Source: Candidatus Aegiribacteria sp. (lineage in GTDB: Bacteria; Fermentibacterota; Fermentibacteria; Fermentibacterales; JCC-6). From it: a DNA stretch of 51,209 bases. Both the position numbers and the translations under genes were made by a program. The stretch lies in assembly GCA_046498225.1 (NCBI GenBank), contig JAWOBF010000040.1:1-51209 (forward strand), read 5' to 3'. The notes under the pieces were generated by a model. That model worked only from the letters and a program-made list of their open reading frames with translations, ran no database searches and had not been told where the DNA came from. Shown here in pieces: positions 19,172 through 26,700 of the stretch (its first letter is position 1; each line of letters opens with the position of its first letter).

Positions 19172-20156
19172 GGTTCTGTCCTTCCTCGCGGTCGGGTTCG
19201 GTGTCAACAGTTCCCACATCCTTCTTCATGCTTATCCTCGCCCCTCCCGGAAGGATATGGAACCCCTCCTTTCCTGACAGTATCCACCTGTCGGTCTTCT
19301 CTATCTCCAGCCTTCCCCCCCTGGGCTTTCCCGCCAGCGTCCAGAGTACGGCCAGTCTGACGGGTTTCGGAAGCGAGACGTACTTTTCTCTGGGGAATGT
19401 ACCTTCATGGATGAGTTCGTCAAGAGAATCAGATACAGTCTCATCGACCAGGTCCCTCCACTGGGTGAGGTTGGCCGATGATCTGGCAAGGGAAACCGCG
19501 CTTCCCGGGGATACCGATTCCAGCACAGGCATTACCAATCTGCGAATCCGGTTCCGCAGGAAATCCGTCTCCCTGTTCGTCGGGTCCTCGACCCATGGCT
19601 GACCCAGACCGCTAAGGTAATCTCGCAGCTCCGTTCTCGTAAAGTCGAGAAGCGGTCTTCTCACCGGTCCCATGCCGAAATAATCCATCCCTCCAAGGCC
19701 CCTGAGACCCGCTCCTTCCAGCAGTCTCATAACGAGTGTTTCGGCCCTGTCATCCGCGGTGTGACCGGTTGCCACCAGGGCACCCTCACGGCCAATCGAC
19801 TCGTATATCCGCTGCCTCTCACGGCTGAAGTGGTCTTCCAGCGAACCGGTCTGCGCCGGGGCGATCTCATGCAGATGGAAAGGTAGTTTCACCCCCCGGG
19901 CCAGGCAGCGGACGAATTCCGCGTCCGAGCCGCTCTCTTCTCTGGCGCCATGATCGACGTGAATGACTTCGAGGCTCCAGTTCATATGAGAGGCGAAACA
20001 GTCCAGGAGCCTGAGGAGAGCAACCGAGTCCCCGCCTCCCGAGACCGCTGCCGCCAACCGGGAGTTCTCGGGAAGAAGCTCTCTTCGCCGGACCGTTTCG
20101 ATAAAGCGTCTCTCCACGGAAGAGACGGATTCCACATTTACCTCCATGTTAACCAA
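19158..20156 (-). CDS. tilS: tRNA(Ile)-lysidine synthetase (short form)
   Basis: AVSGGGDS PP-loop, HVDHG, TGHTADDRAET, RPLL, EDPTN, RNRIR; tilS-hpt-ftsH synteny. Exact start uncertain. Confidence 0.93.
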   Translation of the reverse strand: MVNMEVNVESVSSVERRFIETVRRRELLPENSRLAAAVSGGGDSVALLRLLDCFASHMNWSLEVIHVDHGAREESGSDAEFVRCLARGVKLPFHLHEIAPAQTGSLEDHFSRERQRIYESIGREGALVATGHTADDRAETLVMRLLEGAGLRGLGGMDYFGMGPVRRPLLDFTRTELRDYLSGLGQPWVEDPTNRETDFLRNRIRRLVMPVLESVSPGSAVSLARSSANLTQWRDLVDETVSDSLDELIHEGTFPREKYVSLPKPVRLAVLWTLAGKPRGGRLEIEKTDRWILSGKEGFHILPGGARISMKKDVGTVDTEPDREEGQNLEYR

Positions 20157-20249
20157 TATACAGGCGGTATGCCGAACAGGTCATTCGGAACATACACCCT
20201 CAGAATGAACTCACAGCTCCAGATATTGCTGCCCGGAGAATATGACGAA

Positions 20250-20271
20250 CCGCGGGGGAAAACCCCCGCGG
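20250..20271 (-). terminator. GC-rich hairpin downstream of tRNA-Met
   Basis: CCGCGGGGG-AAAA-CCCCCGCGG perfect 9-bp stem about 10 nt past the tRNA 3' end; weak U tract. Confidence 0.6.
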
Positions 20272-20281
20272 CAATGAAAAC

Positions 20282-20357
20282 TGGTAGCGGCGGAGGGACT
20301 TGAACCCCCGACCCGCGGATTATGATTCCGCTGCTCTGCCAACTGAGCTACACCGCC
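20282..20357 (-). tRNA. tRNA with CAT anticodon, most likely elongator tRNA-Met
   Basis: GGCGGTGTAGCTCAGTTGGCAGAGCAGCGGAATCATAATCCGCGGGTCGGGGGTTCAAGTCCCTCCGCCGCTACCA: cloverleaf, anticodon stem GCGGA/TCCGC, encoded CCA. Confidence 0.95.
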
Positions 20358-20367
20358 AGGGACAGCA

Positions 20368-20396
20368 AAAATAGAGCAGGGCGCGTATAGTGTCAA
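20368..20396 (-). promoter_or_regulatory. Sigma70-type promoter for tRNA-Met
   Basis: TTGACA (20396-20391), 17-nt spacer, TATTTT (20373-20368), 10 nt before the tRNA. Confidence 0.7.
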
Positions 20397-20416
20397 GCTT
20401 ATCGGCACATACCTGT

Positions 20417-22192
20417 TCAGGCGGACGAGAGTTTTTCCATGACCTCCGAGAGAGCCTCCGGTTCCAGACCCTTTCCATCCTTCTGTATCCTGAACAAAAT
20501 TGCGGATACTCCGGACCACTCGATGACGCTCACATTCACCTTGTATTCTCTCACCGCCTCCAGCAGATGCTGAAAGCCCACCGAATCGCTGTCGCTGACC
20601 ATACATATGAGAGTAGCAACCTTCCTGCCGTCCTCAACGATATCCAGGGCCGTGGGCGTCTCCGGTTCCACCTGGTTGCTCAGGAAACCGGATATGGAAC
20701 CGTACACGAGCTCGATGTGCTCAGAAAGCTCGTCCACCGATACGCTGGCCCGGAGGAAATCCTCGATATGGTAGTAGAAATCGGTGATTACGTTGTCCGG
20801 AATGTCCACGAGGCGGTCCCTTATCTCCTTCAGCTGTCTCACGTCGTTGAGTCTCATGCCCCTGTCGAAATCCCTGAACTGCCCGAAATTATCCTCTATG
20901 GCCAGCTTTATCTCCCGGTAGACATCCTCCATCTCGGCGAAATCTTCTCTCTCCATGGTGATGTTCAGAATATCCACCCAGATGTCCCCGTAGCTGGACG
21001 GGGACCTGAAGGAGACCACGGAGAGACCCTTGATGGCATTCAGCGCTCCCACCAGCTCGATGATCCTGTTGTCATGCGCATCGCTGTCCAGTTTGCCTGT
21101 TACCAGCACAAGCTTGAGCTGGGCCTCGAAAGTGGTGGATGAGACCACGGCTATGTAGGCCTGGTTCATTCCGGTGCTCTCGCTCTCCTTTATCAGAAGG
21201 GGAATCAGGGCCCTGGCGTAATGTTCTCCTCCCCCGTAGCGGTAGATACGCTTGAGCTTCTCCAGCTCGTGGGAGACAAGCAGCTTCTTCAGGCTTCTCT
21301 TGATGACCGTCTGTTCCGCCCGTGTGGCGCTGAGCCCGGAGGGACCGGTCATCTCTATGCGAATGGAGATTATTCCATCCCTTGTGGTGTACCTTCTCTG
21401 GTGGCGGATGGAGGCTCCGTACCAGGCGTGGGTCAGGGCGGTCACGCAGTTCTGGAAGGAGATGTCCCTCTCGAAACCGGCAATGTTTATTCCGGTGAGA
21501 TGCTCCCTGGTTGTCCTGAGGTTCTTGATGGCGAACTGGGGCTTGCCCGAACTCGTCCTTACCATGCTGACCAGCTGGAAGTTGGTCTTGATTATCCAGG
21601 CAAGGTCGCTGGCCTTCCTCTCCGCCAGGTACTCGTCCGACCGCGAGGATATGAACAGGACCAGCTCCCCCTTCTCTCCCAGTATTCCCGGCGGCACCGG
21701 TTTCCGGCCGTAGAGGGTCTCCAGCGATTCCCGCACCTGCTCGAACTTCTCCAGTCTTTCCGCCGCCCTGGACAGAAGGGACACCGTGCCCGCCCTTCCC
21801 TGGGCAAGATTTGCAAGGAGCCTGGCCATTCTTCGGGCGTCGCTGACGAAGTCGTCCTGCCTATTCACATCCTCGTCCCTTATGCCGGTTATCACGAATC
21901 CCCGCCTGACACTGTCCGAATTCAGGGCGAAGCCCTCCAGGACGTCCAGGTTCCATCCCGAATGGTGCAGTTCGCTAAGGACCACCGTTGCCAGCCCGGG
22001 CCAGTCCACCGCTGCCACACCCACCAGGACCAGGTCATCATCCTCTTTCCGGTCGATCACCACCTTGGTATCGCAGGTCTTCTCCATTTCCAGGAGTTCA
22101 TTGAAAATGGCCGACCTTCTCTCGGCGGGAATGATGCTTCCGGGACAGCCCTCCGACCCGATATCGATCTGTTCAAAAGGATAGTCCTCGAT
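20417..22192 (-). CDS. Hypothetical multi-ACT-domain protein (GlnD C-terminal-like repeats); first ATG at 22087, probable ATC/ATT start at 22192/22195
   Basis: DWPGLATVVL...GWNL, TT.DG and SYGD..VD segments resemble GlnD ACT domains. The frame is open for 36 codons upstream of the ATG, up to a GGAGG site. Confidence 0.7.
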   Translation of the reverse strand: MEDYPFEQIDIGSEGCPGSIIPAERRSAIFNELLEMEKTCDTKVVIDRKEDDDLVLVGVAAVDWPGLATVVLSELHHSGWNLDVLEGFALNSDSVRRGFVITGIRDEDVNRQDDFVSDARRMARLLANLAQGRAGTVSLLSRAAERLEKFEQVRESLETLYGRKPVPPGILGEKGELVLFISSRSDEYLAERKASDLAWIIKTNFQLVSMVRTSSGKPQFAIKNLRTTREHLTGINIAGFERDISFQNCVTALTHAWYGASIRHQRRYTTRDGIISIRIEMTGPSGLSATRAEQTVIKRSLKKLLVSHELEKLKRIYRYGGGEHYARALIPLLIKESESTGMNQAYIAVVSSTTFEAQLKLVLVTGKLDSDAHDNRIIELVGALNAIKGLSVVSFRSPSSYGDIWVDILNITMEREDFAEMEDVYREIKLAIEDNFGQFRDFDRGMRLNDVRQLKEIRDRLVDIPDNVITDFYYHIEDFLRASVSVDELSEHIELVYGSISGFLSNQVEPETPTALDIVEDGRKVATLICMVSDSDSVGFQHLLEAVREYKVNVSVIEWSGVSAILFRIQKDGKGLEPEALSEVMEKLSSA

Positions 22193-22217
22193 AATTTACC
22201 TCCAATACAGCATAAGC

Positions 22218-22245
22218 TTGACAGCAATGACCCATCGGATAATAT
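22218..22245 (+). promoter_or_regulatory. Sigma70-type promoter for tRNA-Val
   Basis: TTGACA 22218-22223, 16-nt spacer, TAATAT 22240-22245. Confidence 0.55.
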
Positions 22246-22284
22246 ATGCTTCCCGGCGACAGGACCGGCAACCGCTTCTTCAGT

Positions 22285-22361
22285 GGGCGAATAACTCAGC
22301 TGGCTAGAGTGCCTGCCTTACAAGCAGGATGTCGGGGGTTCAAGTCCCTCTTCGCCCACCA
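22285..22361 (+). tRNA. tRNA-Val(TAC)
   Basis: GGGCGAA...TTCGCCC-ACCA acceptor stem; anticodon arm CCTGC-CTTACAA-GCAGG; GGTTCAAGTCC T arm. Confidence 0.96.
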
Positions 22362-22481
22362 TTTCCCCGCTCTGTGAACCCTGTGCAGACTACTTTCCCT
22401 GCCTGACCGGTCGGTCTCGCGCAAGTATTCCGGGAATCAGGAGATGAGATCGATGAAAATGAATGCAAATGCGGGTCATGA

Positions 22482-22534
22482 AGCATGGCCGCAGGAGAGT
22501 TCGTGAAAGTTGTGAAATCCAGTTCCCTGATGTT
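22482..22534 (+). repeat. Imperfect direct repeat, copy 1 (upstream of the UxxC gene)
   Basis: 44/53 ungapped identity to 23695-23747 by manual alignment; core TGTGAAATCCAGTT identical. Confidence 0.85.
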
Positions 22535-22608
22535 CGGTGTGCAGCCGGGCGCGGGTGTTGTATATTCTCAATCGAGTTCAGAACACATTCATTTAAGGAG
22601 TGATGACC

Positions 22609-23592
22609 ATGAAACTGATGGCCACAGCGGCGATCCTGCTGGTCGCATCCGGCGCCATGGCGGCGGATAGAGTAGTACTGTTCGGAGAGTTCACCTCCAC
22701 CGGTTGACCCACCTGCCCAGCTATCGCAGGTGCGGTATACAGCATGATGGACACTTACGTAGATGCGGGGGAGATGGCTCCCCTGATAGTCTTCTACAAC
22801 GGCCCCGGAGCCACAGGTTTCGGGAACATAATGATCAACTACTACGGAACCGGATACACCCCTTCGTTCTTCTGCGACGGGGTCTGGCAGAACATAGGGT
22901 GGAGCCAGTCCGCCTGCGAGACCGCCATCGACAACCGCCTCGCCGTCCCCTCATACCTTGATATCGAAATAACCGTAGGCGGGGACGAGAACTCCGGAGT
23001 GGTCTACTACAACATCATCGCGGAACAGGACCTTCAGTCGGGCAGTCTGATAAGACTGCTGTCCACTCTCGTGGAATCCGATTTCACGGCCAATTCCACA
23101 TGGGGAGGCTACAACGGCCAGACCATGTACTGGATACCCAGGATGGCCCCGCTGGGCAATGCTGGAATCACCCTGGAGTTCGAAGGTCCCTATCCCGATA
23201 CCATCTCTGTCCAGGGAGAGTATACCATCGACCCCGGCTGGAACTTCGATAACATGGGCATAGTAGCCTTCGTGATGGAGTACTCGACCAAAGAGGTCTA
23301 CAACGCCTTCTACGCAGATGACCTGGGCTCCATTATGGGTATGGAGGAAGCGGAGACCGAGCGGGGAATGACCGTGGGACCCAACCCGTCCAGCGGCTTC
23401 TTCTCGGCAACCTGCTCTCTCCCTGAAGGAGTGTCCGGTACCGTGGAGGTCTTCGACCTCAGCGGAAGGAAGATTCTCTCGGCACCGGCCGCCGACGCAC
23501 AGTTCTCCATCGACGAGTCGGGGCTCTACTTCGTGAGGCTGACCACTTCGGACGGGACCGCAGTGACAAGGTCGATTGCCGTAACCCGCTGA
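22609..23592 (+). CDS. Putative secreted selenoprotein: Omp28-like thioredoxin fold with UxxC motif and T9SS type A-like C-terminal sorting domain (327 aa)
   Basis: AAGGAG RBS 8 nt before ATG 22609; signal peptide MKLMATAAILLVASGAMA; RVVLFGEFTSTG-TGA(22705-22707)-PTCP in frame with the 22744 ORF; YTPSFFCDG cis-Pro loop; C-terminal PNP...VFDLSGRK...SGLYFVRL. Confidence 0.85.
22707..22736 (+). promoter_or_regulatory. Candidate bacterial SECIS-like stem-loop
   Basis: CACCTGC (22710-16) pairs with GCAGGTG (22726-32) around a 9-nt loop CCAGCTATC; extendable by ACC/GGT with one bulge; directly 3' of the in-frame TGA. Confidence 0.55.
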
Positions 23593-23610
23593 CATACAGA
23601 TGTCCGATCT

Positions 23611-23636
23611 GAGGGGAGGGCCTCCGCCCTCCCTTC
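23611..23636 (+). terminator. Intrinsic terminator-like hairpin after the UxxC gene
   Basis: GAGGGGAGGGC-CTCC-GCCCTCCCTTC 11-bp stem followed by TTC. Confidence 0.6.
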
Positions 23637-23694
23637 TTCGCCGTCGCTATCACTTCCTGCATTGATCCCTTGAACGCAAGGATGTATTCCCGGG

Positions 23695-23747
23695 AGCATG
23701 GTCTCTGGACAGTTCGTAAGAGGTGTGAAATCCAGTTTCCTGTTGTT
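23695..23747 (+). repeat. Imperfect direct repeat, copy 2 (downstream of the UxxC gene)
   Basis: 44/53 identity to 22482-22534; abuts the stop codon of the convergent 23748 gene. Confidence 0.85.
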
Positions 23748-26700
23748 TCACCTCGTCGATTCCATAGTTTTCAGACTGAACTCCCAGGAAGTCTCTCCCA
23801 GGAGCGATCCCCGGGCATCCATCAGACGAACCAGAACGGAATACTCTCCGTCCGTCAGCATGCGGGGAGGCAGGAACTGGATGAGCCCCCCGTCCAGCAC
23901 AAGAGGAAGCAGCTCCCGCCTGAAGGACCCGGAGGAATCCTCGAGGACCGCCGAAGGCACCCAGTATTCGGGCTCCTCTCCGAAATCAGCGTACACTTGA
24001 ATGACTGGCCTGTGATCGTACACTGTCCCCCGGGGACGGAAGTGGCTGAAGAGCACCGGCGGACTCTCGGGAACGGACAGGCTCCGCCGCTCGATGGCAG
24101 AGTTGCCGGCGGAATCAGTCATGCTGATGGTCATGTCCAGCTGGGATCCGGACCAGGGGATGAGTTCCACGGAGCATGTCCACAGCGAGTCTGACCTGCC
24201 GCAGGCCACCGGGGTCAGAGAACCGGGAGTAACTGCCACATCCCTCACACCGGACAGGGCGTCCAGACATTCGACCTCCACATCGGCCCGCATTCGGGAC
24301 GAGTCCACCGACACATGAACGGACATCGGCACAGGTGGGACGCTGTCCAGGAGGATGTTCCAGTTCATGGTGCCCAGCTCCTCCATCGTTCCCGTCAGAA
24401 CTTTCACATCACCCGTCCTGAACCTTTCGGTCATCATGGACCCGGGCACAGTCCATACCTCACCGGTCCTGCGGGGTCGAATGGTGTCCCCTCCGGCTGC
24501 CAGAAAGTGCTCTCCAGTATCCAATGTGTCTTCGGTCAGGGAGAAGGTGAAGTACTCCGGCATGCTCTGGACGTATCCCGTGGGGCTCAGGGAATGAAAC
24601 GCAAGCATCTCCGGCTCGAAAGAAAGTCCAATCCGCGCTATTCCGGCATCGCCGGGAACCTGCCATCCCTGGAGGAATATCCAGTGCGCCGCGGTCGTGT
24701 CCACTTCCGCCATTTCTATATTCTCGGCGGAGGTAGGTGTGGTGGAAGAGCTTATCATCTCCTCCATGCCGTCCACAGCCAGGTTGCGGTTCGCGTCCCG
24801 GAACAGGTAGAGGTCCAGGTCCATGCCTTCGGTCTCTCCCAGGGTCTCGATACAAAGGCTGCGTTCTCCCGCAGGCACCCTGAACGGACCGATCACGATC
24901 CCCGCCGACAGGGGGTCCGCGGGGTCATCCTGACGAACCTGCAGGTCAGTGAATTCCACAGCCCATCCCGGACCCTCCTGTTCACCGAAGATGTCGGAAT
25001 TACCGGCGCAGGGGACGACCAGCGGTATTCTCGGCTCGAAGGGACCGTTAAGCCATGCGGCGTCTTCGGGTGACAGTTCCGCGGCGTCGTGGGCGTGAAG
25101 CATGTCCATGTGGTAGTCCCGCCATGTGAACATGCTCTCCCTGTTATCCAGTACCGCGTAGCACGTATCCCCGGAATCCGGATAGAATGGACGGGGAAGC
25201 GCCCTGCAGTTGAGGCCGGCTCTGTACCTGCGGAAGTTCTCCCCGTTCATGTAGAGCACCATTCCACTTTCACGTCCGGGGCCCCAGCGGGTCCACCGCC
25301 TCGAGGATATCCTGCCATCATCATCTTCATCCAGCGAGTAGAGGGACCCCGCGAAGTAGGACACCGGATATATCCGGGCGGTTACCGCCGAATCAGCGGT
25401 TGTGGAACCGGGGGGGACTTCCGCTACCTGAGGCAGGGGCATGGGACAGGGAACAGTGTAGCTGATCCGGTACTCCATATCCTCCTCGAAGGAAACGTTC
25501 CCGCTGCCCGCGGAGCCAAAAGGTGAAACAACATCGATGGTATAGCCTCCTCCGGGTTCCCAGCCCAGATGGAAGCCGCAGGTTCCGGAACCGTTCGTGT
25601 ACTCGAACTGGGTTACGGCGTTGGCGTTCTCCCAATGCGACCTGGCCAGAACCATGGCGCCTTCCACCGGTCTTCCGGATGGGTCCCGAACGGTGACCTC
25701 CACCTGGGCGGTGCGGGTGTAGCCCGAGTCACCCGGCATGTACCCGGAACCGGGGGACGCTATGGCGGACCGGGTAACCGGCCAGACAGTGTTGTCAGGT
25801 CCGAATGCGGTAATGGTGGATATGGTCTTCCCCAGGTGGTCCACCCCCTCGCCGGAGACCCAGATACCTCCTATGCCTCTGACACCGTAGTTGATATCCC
25901 AGTGATCCCATCTTCCGCTCTCGGGATGGAGGTAATGGGCCCACTGGTGGTCTTCCCCCCTGCACCCGACTACGTAAGCGGGAATGAGGAATGTCCTGCA
26001 AAGCGCCGTCTGAAGTATGGACTGCTCGCCGCAGGAGCCGTAGGCCTTCTCGTAGATGACCATGGGCTGAAGGTCGTTTGTGGCGTAACCGAAGCTCATG
26101 CGGCCGTTCGGCTGGGAATGGGACTGGAAGTTGCACAGCCTGACCACGGCCTCCTCGTAGGTGGATGCTTCCTCCATGCTTCTCTGAAGGGGGCCGGTGT
26201 CCGTACTGTCCGCGGGAAGGAAATCCCGCCAGAAGACGTGTTCCGATGAAGAGCCGAAGAGATCGTCCGGCTCATGGTTCAGCCATTCCTCCCGCGAGAG
26301 GACGCTCGTGTCCCGGGGAGCTGTCCAGTACCCGGCGTTCACCCGTGCGGGGATCTCGAAAAGTATCCTGGGATGCACCACGAACCGGTAATAATCGTCA
26401 GGCCTGACCGAATACCATCCTGACCCGGTCCTCAGCCTGCATCCGCCGATTCCGCCTGAATCAGTGAGAGTGACGTATTCCAGCGCATCCGCCATGCGGT
26501 ACAGCGCTTCCGCGTTGACATGGAAAAGGTCGGAGTCGTCGTTAGCGTGCATCGCCCTGAGAACCTCTGCGGGAGTGTGCGCAATGCACCAGGCCACCTC
26601 GTCCCGGTACCTGGGCTCCGCCCTAAGTATTTCTTCGGCGTAGGATTCCACCGCTTCCCGGCCGGTTGGCGCCCGGAACACTGTGAAGGGAGCGAAGTAC

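Noticed and set aside
22705..22707. Genome-wide UGA reassignment (code 4/25) as the explanation for the in-frame TGA
   Set aside because: Many genes here end in TGA with tight TGATG/ATGA coupling (folE, folP, ABC pair, cyclase), and no other conserved gene is interrupted by TGA.
22744..23592. ORF-track start at ATG 22744 for the Omp28-like gene
   Set aside because: It lacks an RBS, a signal peptide and the redox motif; all three are supplied by the in-frame start at 22609 with UGA read-through.
22340..23750. Classical tRNA-targeted genomic island with att duplication
   Set aside because: No integrase, and I saw no duplicate of the tRNA-Val 3' end downstream; the direct repeat found is unrelated to the tRNA sequence.
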